Positions 52,168 through 64,000 are shown, counted from the first letter of the stretch. The stretch: DNA of 64,000 nucleotides from Leucoraja ocellata (GCA_036785375.1 JAWMAR010000252.1:62001-126000), one strand, 5' to 3'. Program-made: numbers and translations. Notes: generated by a model from the sequence alone, not told the origin.

Positions 52168-52467
52168 GGCAGCACGGTGGCGCAGTAGAGTTGCTGCCTT
52201 ACAGCATCAGAGGCCCGAGTTCGATCCTGGCTATGGGTGCTGTCTGTACGGAATTTGTACGTTCTCTCCATGACTGCGAGGATTTTCCCTGGGGTCTCCA
52301 GTTTCCTTACATACTCCAAAGGTGTACAGATTTGTAGGTTAATTGACTTTGGTAAAGATTTTAAATTGTCCCTAATGTGTAGGATAGTGCTAGTGTACAG
52401 GGATTGCTGGTCGGCTTAGACTTGGTGGGCTGAAGGGCCTGCTTCCGCACTATTTCTCTAAACTAAC
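52168..52467 (+). mobile_element. tRNA-derived V-SINE (HE1-like), near full length
   Basis: GGGCAGCACGGTGGCGCAG (A box), GAGTTCGATCC (B box), central domain, CR1-like tail GGGCTGAAGGGCCTG. Confidence 0.85.
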
Positions 52468-52867
52468 CTAATTAGGTATGAAATGCTCATTTGAATACTG
52501 TATCAGAGTATTATGATACTATCTCCACTGTGGCACAATTATGGACTGGAAAACACAGATGATACTTCAATAAATTTCAACAGGAGCAAGTCACTTCCAA
52601 AAAAATGTTAGGAGTGATATAATTTATTTATTTGCTTAAATGGTTTGTGAAACTAAATTAAGCTTTAACCTGTGTGGCACATATCACAATTATTGGATTT
52701 AGAAAACAAATTAGAATTACGCAGTTACTGTTCAACTATGAAAAGCAAATAACCAGAGATAATACTTCAGCAGTTTGAGATGCCTGCTTCTTGTACAAAC
52801 TATTGCAATATTTACTAATTAGCTGTGAAAACAAATTTAGTGTAGGAAGTTGAGAAGCCAGTCTTAC

Positions 52868-52947
52868 TCATTATTGTAGGCACCCCCAAGATCACAATCA
52901 CAAGGGCGACATCCGTCTAGATCATTGCTTAGCCCCCAGTGTTGAGA
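52868..52947 (-). CDS. LAMB1: LAMB1 exon ~13 (LE), 80 nt
   Basis: tgcag|[26 protein letters not shown]|gtaaga. Confidence 0.94.
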
Positions 52948-53347
52948 CTGCAAAACAATAACCCCCAAATGTAAACCATGTGAATGGCATATCTTTGTTG
53001 AACAGCTTAAATCTTCTGGCAAAAACAAATGGTAAAAGCGAAAGTTAACATGATGTGGAAAGTTTTTAAATATCATGGCATTATGAGCTACATTTCAGGG
53101 GAATGGATATACAGTTTGATGCCCATGCTCTCATTTAAGAATGGGTGCATCCTGAAAATATACAGCATAAAAAGGGGGGAAACCCCCAAATCTGTTTTCT
53201 AAACATTTTACAATATTAAACCAAGCTGAAAACTTTTGAGTCCACCTTTTAAATTTTCAGCAGCAATTCTGAGGGGTTTTGAAATTTAACATATTTTCGT
53301 GTTTTGTTTACAGTGGTTTTCCACTGCTGCTTTAACAATTCACTTAC

Positions 53348-53460
53348 CAGACACTGATCACAGTTCCTGCCCACCACCAGACGTTTACAGAAGCAGCTTC
53401 CTGTTACATCATCACATGGAGATCCTCCTGGATGAGTTCCCAAATGGTTACAGGCGCAGG
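53348..53460 (-). CDS. LAMB1: LAMB1 exon ~12 (LE), 113 nt
   Basis: tttag|[37 protein letters not shown]|gtaagt. Confidence 0.94.
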
Positions 53461-53935
53461 CTAAATGACCAAACAAAGCAATAAGCTCACTTTTCAAACA
53501 AATATCAGCAATTACAATTAGGTGTAAACTGATTACTGAGGCAGAGGCAAAAATTCCACCTCCCAGCTGGATTCATCTCATACATGACAGAGGAAAGAAA
53601 ACATCTTGGACACAACGAACATCCATTCCTTACCTTTTTCAACTTCTGGACAGTTTCTATTCACATGCAAACAAAGCTGAGGCTCAAATAAACATGCCAT
53701 TTATCACTCTGTCTAGTTGTAGGCCTCTGATTGTGATGTACACTCCATCACACTAGTGTCCAACACTAGCAGTCCAACACTAAAGTGACAAGAGGTCTTT
53801 CCAGAAGTAAACTCACGTTAAGGGAGATTCTTTACACCCTCCATTTCTCCTGACTGTCATCCCAACCCACCTGCCCTCCGTTGCCCCTCCTCACCCATCA
53901 CCACCACCACCTCTGGCCACCCACTTTGCTGCACC

Positions 53936-54040
53936 CACCCCTGATCAGTCTGAAGAAGGGTTTCGGCCCGAAACGTTGCCTATTTCCTTCGCTCCATAGA
54001 TGCTGCTGCACCCGCTGAGTTTCTCCAGCTTTTCTGTGTA
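53936..54040 (+). mobile_element. Solo Penelope-like terminal repeat with intact hammerhead-like core
   Basis: CTGAAGAAGGGTTTCGGCCCGAAACGTT at 53950-53977; ACCCACTTTGCTGCACC duplicated at 53919-53935 and 54041-54057. Confidence 0.8.
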
Positions 54041-54985
54041 ACCCACTTTGCTGCACCACCTGCCAGTTGGATTGACACAGAAGGGCCAAACATGTGAGCA
54101 GTTACAGAACTTTTGCCAAATGATTAAGCTCACCACTGATACTCAAATCAAGCTCATGCAGTTCAAATATTTGCAAATAATAGTCTTGGCCAGCAACAGC
54201 AGACACATCAACCTAATTTTAAAGAAACTTATTTTACAAATTAAAAAAAAAAAAAATGTCACAGAATCATTCTCCATTATAATTTATTCTGTTTTGCTCT
54301 TTTTAACTGCATTCACAATTCTATGTTTTACCAAGCAGCCATCACACCAAATTAAAGCAATGTACCAAGGAAAGGAAACCAGTATCTGAAAAATGTGAGG
54401 ACGTTCCGAATCAGTGGATCTGGAAGAAGTTATTAATACAATACAGAAAAGATGATAGTTTACTTCATGTGTAATAAAAAAATATTAATTTTGCAGTTCT
54501 TTTCGATGTGGAATAATTACATATTGGACACAAATTCAGATTTATTTCCTTCAAATGAACTAAAATGTATAATTTTGGGCATATCAATGACTTAGAGATG
54601 CTAAGTGGAGCTAATATTTCCTCCCACAAGATTCAGCATTGTAGAATTGCAGCTCCTAAAAACCTTTTTTTATGACAGTTACAAGATTTACAACAGAACT
54701 CTCACTTTTACTCACATCTGCACAAAAGGAACATCCCTCTGTAGCAGTCCAGTGCCTACTGAAACCAAATTTGAAATATGCCAGTAGAAAAGTTTAATTA
54801 GACCTGATTATGCCAATTTTTGAAAAAATTGTAGAATTGTAGATTTTCAAATGAGTACAATCCTGCACTGAACATTACCATGTTTAACTATAGTCTTCTG
54901 AAATTCTGGAATCAAAAGGTACGATGCAAAATTAAAATATGAAAAATGAACTTTGCATAATTTTCAAGAACAAGCAAATACTTAC

Positions 54986-55165
54986 GTTGGCAACCTAGTG
55001 GATCATTTTCACTTAGTCCAAAGAAACCCTCTTTGCACAGATCGCAGCGCTCACCCTCAACATTCATCTTACAACGGCATTGCCCCGCTATGAGATTAGC
55101 TGTCAAATCGGTGTGACTATCACAAATCCCACCATTCAATGATCCAGCAGGGTCACAGTTACAAG
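54986..55165 (-). CDS. LAMB1: LAMB1 exon ~11 (LE), 180 nt
   Basis: tgcag|[20 protein letters not shown]...DPLGCQ|gtaagt. Confidence 0.94.
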
Positions 55166-55568
55166 CTGCAATAAAAAGATTAGAGCAATATTACGCATGC
55201 ATTGTAACAAATTGTGTTGGATTTTTCATCTAAATTTAGCTCCAACTTTTTTTAAGCCATTTTCACAAAATGTAATACACCAGTTTTGCAGTTCAAATTG
55301 TGAAATAACAAACCCTTTAGGCTTACAGTTAAGAAATCAGAACATATGCCACATATTAAAACTTCATCTTCAAAAATTAAATATGTAGTTTAACATTTCT
55401 GAATAACTTTTAAAACACTGGATAATCAGTGTGCATAAAAAAGGTATCCGGATACCTTGAGGCAAACATTCTCTTTAAAACTCTTGACGCAACCCACCAA
55501 CAAAAATAATTCAAGTGGATCAGTGTCATTTACTTCTTGGTCATGGTGTATCAAATGGCAGTACTTAC

Positions 55569-55757
55569 GCTCACAGATGTCAGTGGCACGAATACCTCGT
55601 TCTGGATGCTGGTAGTAGAAAGGTTTGCATTGTTCACAGTGCTGCCCCATTGTATTATTCTGACAGCCATCACACACACCACCACTGACATTACCCGTGG
55701 CTAAATACACAGCCATGTCAAAGTGACATTTATGAGCATGTCCATTGCAGTTACACC
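55569..55757 (-). CDS. LAMB1: LAMB1 exon ~10 (LE), 189 nt
   Basis: ttcag|[32 protein letters not shown]...DICE|gtaagt. Confidence 0.94.
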
Positions 55758-55787
55758 CTGAAATTTAAAGCAGAGAAAGCCTAATTT

Positions 55788-55941
55788 NNNNNNNNNNNNN
55801 NNNNNNNNNNNNNNNNNNNNNNNNNNNNNNNNNNNNNNNNNNNNNNNNNNNNNNNNNNNNNNNNNNNNNNNNNNNNNNNNNNNNNNNNNNNNNNNNNNNN
55901 NNNNNNNNNNNNNNNNNNNNNNNNNNNNNNNNNNNNNNNNN
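55788..55941. other. Assembly gap (154 N)
   Basis: Run of N. Confidence 1.
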
Positions 55942-57146
55942 AGGATTTTAACATTGAAATACAAAACATTCAACAGACACAAATGATAAATGGTCTCCTC
56001 CACCCAGTGTTGGCTTTTGGCCCTACAGAGAAGAACCTCACATCGCAGTTATACCTCACCTTCTAGCATCTGTAAGTTTAGGAGATCTTAGTTTTATCTG
56101 AAAGAACTTTCTTTTAAATTCCTTGGATAATTATAAGAAGTCTCTAAATGTAACACCATATCAAGATTTAGTACAATATATTTAATCAGATAAATGATGC
56201 AAAGAGAAGACTAAGGGTGGAATCAAAAAGGATTGCACGAATCATTATTAAATCTATTTGCAAACTTCACCAATATAAAAATAAATAAATATTCTTGCAT
56301 CCCACAAAATATTGTTCATAGTGGCTTTTATTAGCATTTTCTTAGTTAGGTACTAAGGCACTACTTTACGCTGGCACATTATCCAAGCATTTAGTATCCA
56401 TCCATGTTCATCCACAACAAAACATGCCAGCAAGATATATAGCAGCAAAGGAGGCATGGCACTGGCGTTTTTACAAATGTATTTTCACCAATGGTTCATT
56501 GGTTAAGAAAAGGGAGCAGGAATTAAATATAATACATTGCACCATTCTGCTACAAAATCTCTCATTTTAAAAGAAACATAATAAAAGCAAAAACTTATCT
56601 GCTAGCTTCTGGTTTAGCAGAGTGTTGCTTTATTTGGGGTAAAGTCTACTTGCGTGGACAAATATCGCTATGGTTTCGCTATTTTTCATTCTACAAATTT
56701 ATGCAAAAGTATTCATTGAAGTATCAGTCAAAACATCACAAGAGGCCATAGGTTCGAACATTTCACAAAGTTCAAGCAGACTATAATTTATTGATTAAAA
56801 AAAAAATCAGTACCAAAATAGCAATTGTTTTGTTACTATGCAAGCAATTAAGTTATGAAATAATGCAATGTTTTCTGTTAAAATGGAAGACATTGAAAAT
56901 TGTTTGATTCTTCCTTCAATTTGGACATAGCAATTTACAATCATTCTTACTATTACTTCAAATGAGAACAAATAACTGAGCACAGGTTGGAACACAAAAG
57001 GTTGCTTTTGTTAGTCCAGGGATGAATGTCAGCCTGGAATCCTGCTTGTTTTGTGTTTTAAAGCTATTTATATTGCCTGCATACAAATACAACCTGAAAT
57101 GAAGATATTCATTATCAAGAGCAAAATGTTTTAACCCAAAACCCAC

Positions 57147-57267
57147 TTTTGCAAGCATTGCTGTTGCGTCCTTCAGCTGGTTTCCAAGGCACATCCTGGT
57201 GGAACTCTTGACACAGCTCACAGTTTAGACCTTTCGTGTTGTGCCGGCACACACATCGACCGTGTAC
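57147..57267 (-). CDS. LAMB1: LAMB1 exon ~9 (LE), 121 nt
   Basis: tccag|[40 protein letters not shown]|gtgggt. Confidence 0.94.
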
Positions 57268-57707
57268 CTGGAAAACAATGCGTCAAAATCATTTCATTGC
57301 CCGAAGGACTACATCTGCAAGTTCTCTACACCCAAGGAAACTGGTCAATATTGGTCTGTTTAGCCTTGATTTCAACATTCATTATCATTTAGTATTTTTC
57401 CAAATTAAATAGGCACAAGAATAATTGGAGTGGTGACAGACTTGAATTTTCTAGCAACTATCCAAGATTGTAAGTACTAAACTACTTACTCCAATTACAC
57501 CAAAAATCAAAATTTCTGAATTCCTGCGCATGCACTTAGGCTTCATTCTTCCTGGTACAAAATCACTTTCTCAATTAACACAAAATACAAACAGAAACGG
57601 ATAAGAATGTGTATATAATCAATAATGAAGTTGATTCGCAGGAGATCTTACAGATGAGGTTGCAATTTTGACATTTTTATCCCTGCACCAATTACTAGAG
57701 TGTATAA

Positions 57708-57873
57708 AAATGCTGGAGAAACTCAGCGGGTGCAGCAGCATCTATGGAGCGAAGGGTTTCGGCCTGAAACATTGCCTATTTCCTTCGCTCCATAAATGCT
57801 GCTGCACCCGCTGAGTTTCTCCAGCATTTTTGTGTACCTTCGATTTTCCAGCATCTGCAGTTCCTTCTTAAAC
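57708..57873. mobile_element. Palindromic Penelope-like terminal-repeat insert
   Basis: Inverted arms; ACTAGAGTGTATAA duplicated at 57694-57707 and 57874-57887. Confidence 0.8.
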
Positions 57874-58805
57874 ACTAGAGTGTATAACATCAGTTCTGAC
57901 AAAGGGTCTCCAACCTGCAACATTAACACAATTTCTCCTTCCACAGATGCTGCTTTATCTAGAAATGTTCTCTTTTTATTGAATACAATTTGTTTTCTAC
58001 TGTAACGAAAGGGTAAGTGCTAAACAAAAAAATGATGAGGGGTGGACAGGAAGGAAAGTACAATTTCTCAAATTGAAGATTTAAGATTAAGCTTTCACAA
58101 GTATTCCTCCAATTTCTCCAGTGTTGCCTTTCATTTTGAAATGATTCTCAAAAGAATTAAGATAGACGCAACTATTAAAGTAATACATCAGCATAGGATC
58201 ACAAGAATCCCACTTTCAGTTAAACCAAATGAATTATTGACCACAGGCATAAAACAGCTGGGAATCTGGAATCAGAGGCACCAAGAGGGAAACAAGGAAT
58301 TATTGCCTCAGTCATTCTTTCGTGCATCTTTCAGATAGTTCAGCACAACACAACACAATTGCCATTCTTATCTGACAGCTGAGGTGCAACCCAGCAAACA
58401 GAAAAGGTAGAATTTAAAAAGTGTTAAGAAAATAACTGCTTGAGAATCAAGTATTTTCAGACTGCAGTCTGACCACTGCAACAGGAAGCTGAAAGTCTAC
58501 AACAGTCGCTTGGAATTTGTGAAGTCAAGTTTTGTTTTAAGACCTAAAACAGGAAATGGCAAAGCCAGGTCAGGGAAAGTTTTGTCTGGGTTCAATTAAG
58601 CTCCAAAGCAAACTTCATTGTGAGTCAGCCACATTTCAACTCACGACTGGAGAGAAAACAAACTTTGTGACCACATAGTTTGTAGCCAGATTAAGTCCAA
58701 TACTGCAGAAGTACTTTTTGCTTTCATGTTTAACATGGGACAAAGGCAATGAAAGACATTGAACATTACTCGAGGCAAAACATTTTTTTTTAATATACCA
58801 CTTAC

Positions 58806-59011
58806 CTTCCCTTCTACATTCTGATTGTTAGATTCATCAACGGGAGCACACTCACTAGCATGTCCATAGCAGAAACAATTGCCCCGAACCACCATGTCGT
58901 AGATGGCATAGTAATATTTTTCTTTGATTTCTACTCTCGAGTCCAGTAAATTGTCACCCAGAGTATGGAGTTTAGTAAACCTTATCCTCAGGTTTGTGAT
59001 CTTCAGCATAT
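58806..59011 (-). CDS. LAMB1: LAMB1 exon ~8 (LN end / LE1), 206 nt
   Basis: tgaag|[26 protein letters not shown]...[12 protein letters not shown]...VEGK|gtaagt. Confidence 0.94.
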
Positions 59012-60125
59012 CTTCAAAACAAAATACACAAGTGAATTAGAATTTGTTAGTCATTCAGAAAATTAGGATGTTTTCCCTCAAATGTAAAGTTTCCATTAAT
59101 ATTAATTGTCAATTCCACTAAAGTAGTAAAAACATTCAGCTTCATTTTTTTGCAACTAAAATGTTTCCCAAGAGTTGAGAGATGTTAATAAAAATAGCTG
59201 CTCATAGAATTAAATGACTATTACAAATGGAGGATTTTTTTTTGCAAAGATACTCCTATTAAAGTTGCAACATTTCTTGAAATAAGATTCAAGCAAAATA
59301 CTTCACTGTCCTTAGAATAAATTGAGAATACAAAATTACCAAAGTTTAGCTCTACATCCATTTTACAAATAATCAACATTCCTAGATGTGTTTCATCTGC
59401 AAGAGTTCATTTTTCCTGAAAGAGGAACTTTAATGTAGCTCCACTGCAACGACACGAGCCAACAGAAATAAACTGAAGAGATGCAGATAAAGAAAATGGG
59501 GAAACTGGTGCCATAATTAAAAAAATAACTCCTTGGAGGCAGATGAGGATCTTTTATGCCAGTTTCCTAATGACCCCAAGTGTTACTGTCCCTTGATCTC
59601 TTGTTCATTGGAAATTGTCAGAGTAAATTTAAATGCAAATCTGGATGGTACCTTTGCCCATTGTTTTTAAAACGTATAACAACCTCAAATGTTATTAATA
59701 TCAGTTAATAGAAAGATGTTTTAGTGGCAAAGGAAAATTCTGCCCCTCTCCCTCTTCCTTATTCCCCATTTTCTTTCAACCAAACAGAATGTGACTGTTA
59801 TTTCATCAGGAACGTAACATTAACAGGCAAAATTGAACAAAGGCTGGAAGTTAAGATCTATTTAAAAATGTCTACATTTTCCAATTCTCTGCCAAAAAAT
59901 ACATCCTGAAAAAGGAACACTCTACACTTATTAACAGCAAACAAGTTTTTGTCAACAGGAAGTATGCAGGCCACATGGGAAACTAGGTCTATCTCAAATC
60001 CATTTGAGTAATTGCTACAGTGTCAATACAAGAAAGAATCAGAAAAACAATGACAACGTATTAAGTGTTCCAGGCTAGTACTGGCAGCAAATAGCCCAAA
60101 TTATAAGCCCAAATATAACAATTAC

Positions 60126-60189
60126 TTTGTATTCTTCGGCTGTATGGATCTTCAATTTTAAACGCTGGGTCCAACACACGATAGATAAC
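60126..60189 (-). CDS. LAMB1: LAMB1 exon ~7 (LN), 64 nt
   Basis: tttag|VIYRVLDPAFKIEDPYSRRIQ|gtaatt; not in the ORF track. Confidence 0.93.
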
Positions 60190-60614
60190 CTAAAGGCAAA
60201 GAAGAAGTTATTTTTTTACATAATAACATAAAAGACAACATGTGCAAGTATAAGTTTTCTTAATTCACAAGTAACATCCATGGATGTCCTGGTCCCAGCA
60301 TATTGGGGCAATCCAAGAAGAAAGCTCACCAAATGTCTCTATTTCCTCAGCTTGACTGAACCACTTCACTCTTTGTGCTACTACAGTTCTTTGGTTTTTG
60401 CACTATTATGATCTTGCTTACTTAGAATAACTGATAATTTATTGATATTTATTTTTGTAGTTGTTGCATCTAATGTAAAGCTGCAGCAAGCAATTCCATT
60501 CTGGTGTATGTGACAAAAGAAAACACTCGACTTCTGACAAGTTCCTTAAATTTATGAGTTCTTCGATTTGCACCAAGTTTTGAGCAAAGCAGAAATTAGA
60601 CATTTGTCACAAAC

Positions 60615-60803
60615 CTCTCCTTCTGTCGAAGGTTCAATATCAGAATATCGAGAATCGCAGATGATGTCATCCACTTTTTTCAATGATCCTGTTGAAACGC
60701 CAGGAAAGGATGATTCACAGTCATAAGCGTAATATCGATACACCTGCCAGGTCTTTCCAGAATCTGAAGATCGTTCAATCATCATAGCAGCTGGACGAAA
60801 TGT
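60615..60803 (-). CDS. LAMB1: LAMB1 exon ~6 (LN), 189 nt
   Basis: ctcag|[29 protein letters not shown]...DIEPSTEGE|gtttgt. Confidence 0.95.
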
Positions 60804-60972
60804 CTGAGCACAAAAGAAAGAATCTTTGACTTAGTGGTGAACAAGCAAGTCTTCACAACGTTTCGTAAGTCATATGCGTAAAAACAGACTCCATTCAAAC
60901 AAGACCAAAACAAATCAAAAAAAGATTGAAAGCAACCATTTCACCAGCATCTGTTTTATTTTTTGTGTATAT

Positions 60973-61163
60973 AGGGCCTGTCCCACTTGGGCGTCATTTG
61001 CGCGTCACGCAGATGGCGCGCAAAGATTTTGTACATACCAAAATCCTGGGGCGTCGCGCGCAATCGCGCGTCACTGCCTACGTCACCACGCATGTGTGCG
61101 GCACAACGCGCGCGTCGTGACACGTAAATTACGCGCAAATGACACTCAAGTGGGACAGGCCTT
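60973..61163. mobile_element. PIF/Harbinger-type MITE, CpG-rich
   Basis: TIR AGGGCCTGTCCCACTTG extended by GTCATTTGCGCGT / ACGCGCAAATGAC; TAT on both sides. Confidence 0.85.
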
Positions 61164-61941
61164 TATAGCTTCAGAAAAAAAACCCGACTGGCTGACTACT
61201 GTCAGACGTTCAAAGTGTATACGTCACAATGCTCCACAGCTTCACAAGGTGTAGTAGAGCCAGCTTACAATGTTACTCTGCTCATGACCAAGAGATCACC
61301 CTCCTACAAAGTAGCTTGAGAATGGGAATATTATTATGTAAAAATGTGAAAATATGGGGCCATGAAGCTGCAACTTTGTCCAAAACCACTGACACTCTCC
61401 TCTTAAGGAAACACTTCATTTTATATGCATCACCCAAATTACACCCGAGCTCATAAAAACATCCAAGGTTCTTTACAGTGGCTCTTCATAAAACAGACTT
61501 CATTGGCAGAGGTCTTTCAAATACAGGAAGGCCTTTGCAGATGGGCAGGATGTACGACAACGTTTGCACATCATATTCCTAAATGTGCTGGTTTTATTAA
61601 AGCTAAAAAAACTTTTCAACCTTTGATGGCAACTAAAGTGTCCTCAGGAAATGTGACTGAAAGCAAGTTCTAGAGTCTGATAAACCCATAATAAACTCAC
61701 AAGCCCTATATACATATGTTTAAACTTCTCCGTGACCCGAAAAAGGGACAATAACCTGCACATAAAGAATTCACAGGTGATAATAATATTTGGAAGCTCA
61801 CATTTTCAAAGGTCAGTTACATAGCAAGCCTCACTTCCTGTAATAAAAACATAATTAATGATAGGTCATTACAAAGTATCCCTTCAATTACATCAAGATT
61901 GAGACTTCAAAACATTGAGTATTAGTGTGTAATTTTATTAC

Positions 61942-62015
61942 CTTGAAGGTCATGATGAGGTGGGTAAAATGGAATTCAGCCTCCAGATCCAACTGGAGAG
62001 AAACATTTTCAATGC
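61942..62015 (-). CDS. LAMB1: LAMB1 exon ~5 (LN), 74 nt
   Basis: tttag|[25 protein letters not shown]|gtaata. Confidence 0.95.
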
Positions 62016-62444
62016 CTAAAAAAGTGAAAGAAAAATGTTAAATTAGATAAAATGGATTTAAAAAAATAGAATAGTTTGTTTAAATGCATGAAACTTGCAT
62101 AGAGACATAACAGGCAATAAATTATATGGACAAAACATGAAAATAACACATATAGACACCATATCCCTGCTATATCTGGACCCCAAACAACCTCACGACA
62201 TTTGTTGTTACATTCTAAAAAAAAAGCAATGTGCATAATTTGTAGTGTTATAAGGGAAGCAAGCTATCGTAACAAAGGGCAGAGTCTAGAAGGAACACCA
62301 TTTGTGAATGTGCAATTTCCCATACTTTTTTGCAGATACTGACTTTAACAATCTATATCACAAGAAATTCTTGCAAAAAGATGCCTAATGTGTGGAACTT
62401 GTTATTCTGTACTGAGCAGACAATGCATCACACTTTAATTAGTA

Positions 62445-62520
62445 CAGTAAATCCTCGTTATAACAGACCATGGGGCAGAAAAATGGTGTCCGTTATTACC
62501 GCTTGTCCACTATAAGCAAG
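62445..62520 (+). mobile_element. Truncated Tigger/pogo-like MITE end
   Basis: TA-CAGTAAATCCTCGTTATAAC terminus; no matching second TIR found. Confidence 0.4.
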
Positions 62521-62745
62521 TAAACATAGAAACATAGAAAATAGGTGCAGGAGTAGGCCATTCGGCCCTTCGAGCCTGCACCGCCATTCAATATGATCAT
62601 GGCTGATCATCCAACTCAGTATCCTGTACCTGCCTTCTCTCCATACCCCCTGATCCCTTTAGCCACAAGGGCCACATCTAACTCCCTCTTAAATATAGCC
62701 AATGAACTGGCCTCAACTACCTTCTGTGGCAGAGAATTCCACAGA
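62521..62745 (-). mobile_element. CR1 LINE 3' end
   Basis: LWNSLPQKVVEASSLAIFKRELD; (TTTCTATG)n tail on the minus strand. Confidence 0.85.
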
Positions 62746-63054
62746 TAAGGGATTATTACCAAGTAATAGGGTATCATTGCACAACTTGTAGAAACAAAGA
62801 ACTGCCGAAGCTGATTAATACACAAAAGGACCATCTGGGAATAAACCATGAACAGAACTGTATATAAATCAGTATTCTGGTTATCATGTCTTAGAAGCCC
62901 ATGAGGTATCATTTAAATCAACAAGTCATTACATTGATAGGCTTAAGTTAATGTAACCCTGTTGAGCTTTTGAGATCACTTTGAAGTGAAAGCTTGTTAG
63001 TCTATCAGATTTTAAATATCTATACAAAAAGCACCCTGCTGGAGGCACTTAGCA

Positions 63055-63350
63055 AATCAGGCAACATCTCTGGAGGGTAGACACAAAATGCTGGAGTAAC
63101 TCAGCAGGACAGGCAGCATCTCTGGAGAGAAGGAATGGGTGACGTTTCGGGTTGAGACCCTTCTTAACAACTCTGGTGGGAATGGGCAGCCTTCATTTTG
63201 AGTTGTGCCTCTTCTTCCATTCCAGTCTGAAGAAGGAACCTGACCCAAAACGTCATCCAACCATTTCTCTCCACAAATGCTGCCTGACCTGTCGCGTTCT
63301 TCCAGCATTGTGTCTCTGGCTCAAGGTTCCAGCATCTGCTGTCTCCCATC
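63055..63350. mobile_element. Cluster of Penelope-like terminal-repeat copies in opposite orientations
   Basis: GGCAGCATCTCTGGAGAGAAGG...GACGTTTCGGG and CTGAAGAAGGAACCTGACCCAAAACGTC. Confidence 0.65.
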
Positions 63351-63421
63351 TCCTGAATACATGTACAATCATCTCTTAATGATCGATGGATGAATTCAAT
63401 TCACACAGAAACTACTCATAC

Positions 63422-63551
63422 CATTTTCAGACTGCCACCAGGTATTCAGTCGGTTGAACGCAAAAGTTGTGACCACATTCGCAATTCGGTGACTGCTTGG
63501 ATTTTCAGCAAAAGGAGTCTGGGATTCGCATGAAAAGCATTTCTTTTCTTC
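63422..63551 (-). CDS. LAMB1: LAMB1 exon ~4 (LN domain), 130 nt
   Basis: tttcag|[44 protein letters not shown]|gtatga. Confidence 0.93.
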
Positions 63552-63854
63552 CTGAAAGATCAAATGTAAAATGTTATATATTTTCTATTTTTCTAATTCT
63601 GAGTGTAATCTGGATCAGTGATGATGAGATGTTTAGTGACTGATAATCTTGCATCTTACTCATTTCCACAAAACCTCTCCAACCACTTTTACAAAATAAA
63701 ATGAAGGACTTTTGAAAATCATAGATTACTGCTATAAGTAACTGGCTTGTGAGTTTGATTGTTATTACTTGCAATAACATCCAAACTATCAAAAACAGGC
63801 AAACTAATATGACTTTCAGTACTACATCATGGGCTTCCTAATAAATTAGGTAGC

Positions 63855-63995
63855 AGAGGTGCTGTCTGCAAAACTTGCATGTTCTCCCTGCATGGTGGCT
63901 TGGGTTTTCTCCGGATGCTTCAGTTTCCTCCCAAATTCCAAAGACGTGCAGGTTTGTATGGTTAATTGACCTCTGTAAATTGCCACTTCTGTGAA
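63855..63995 (+). mobile_element. Partial V-SINE
   Basis: TTGCATGTTCTCCC...GGGTTTTCTCCGG...TCCAAAGACGTGCAGGTT central domain. Confidence 0.7.
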
Positions 63996-64000
63996 GGATG

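Larger units (their letters stand above)
5471..63551 (-). other. LAMB1: LAMB1 gene body (partial; 29 coding exons, about human exons 4-32; 1613 codons)
   Basis: Exons delimited by AG and GT (one GC) sites join in frame; lengths sum to 4839 nt; translation matches laminin beta-1 domain order LN-LE-LF-LE-coiled coil-Lbeta-coiled coil. Confidence 0.96.

Noticed and set aside
52168-52240. tRNA gene
   Set aside because: The A and B boxes belong to a SINE head; there is no full cloverleaf and the sequence continues into the SINE body and tail.
59012-59016. AAG acceptors (also at 21481) as anomalies
   Set aside because: Less common than YAG but still canonical AG; frame and exon homology are preserved.
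930-63350. CRISPR-like or other prokaryotic repeat system from the recurring GCTGAGTTACTCCAGC motif
   Set aside because: Copies are dispersed, in both orientations, and part of a retroelement terminal repeat in vertebrate introns; there is no regular repeat-spacer array.
5471-63551. LAMB2 or LAMB4 identity, or a pseudogene
   Set aside because: Motifs such as [34 protein letters not shown] and DIEGTQNLLTS match LAMB1 best from recall, and all exons are open and in phase. A phylogeny would be needed for formal confirmation.

Overview
Eukaryotic (vertebrate) genomic DNA, most likely a cartilaginous fish such as a skate or ray, inferred from HE1/V-SINE-like and CR1 repeats. The whole window lies inside one minus-strand laminin subunit beta-1 (LAMB1) gene. 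I read 29 consecutive coding exons between 63551 and 5471 (4839 nt, 1613 codons), with consistent splice phases and no in-frame stop noticed. They cover most of the LN domain, the LE/EGF repeats, the LF domain, the coiled coil and the L-beta knob. The first and last exons were not found and probably lie outside the window. Exon numbers are by recalled homology to human LAMB1. One intron needs a non-canonical GC donor. The introns are full of decayed mobile elements: CR1, Rex1/Babar, RTE-like and Vingi-like LINE fragments, tRNA-derived V-SINEs, PIF/Harbinger and Tc1/mariner-type MITEs, and GC-rich SINE-like elements with LINE-type tails. The most notable non-genic signal is a family of about 19 Penelope-like terminal-repeat copies. 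They carry a minimal hammerhead-ribozyme-like core (CTGAAGA-hairpin-GAAAC), often occur as solo or palindromic inserts with 14-17 bp target duplications, and several invert at the ribozyme hairpin. There is a 154-nt assembly gap at 55788-55941. I see no clearly novel protein-coding system; most supplied ORFs are spurious or TE-derived. TE boundaries are approximate unless TIRs or TSDs are quoted.
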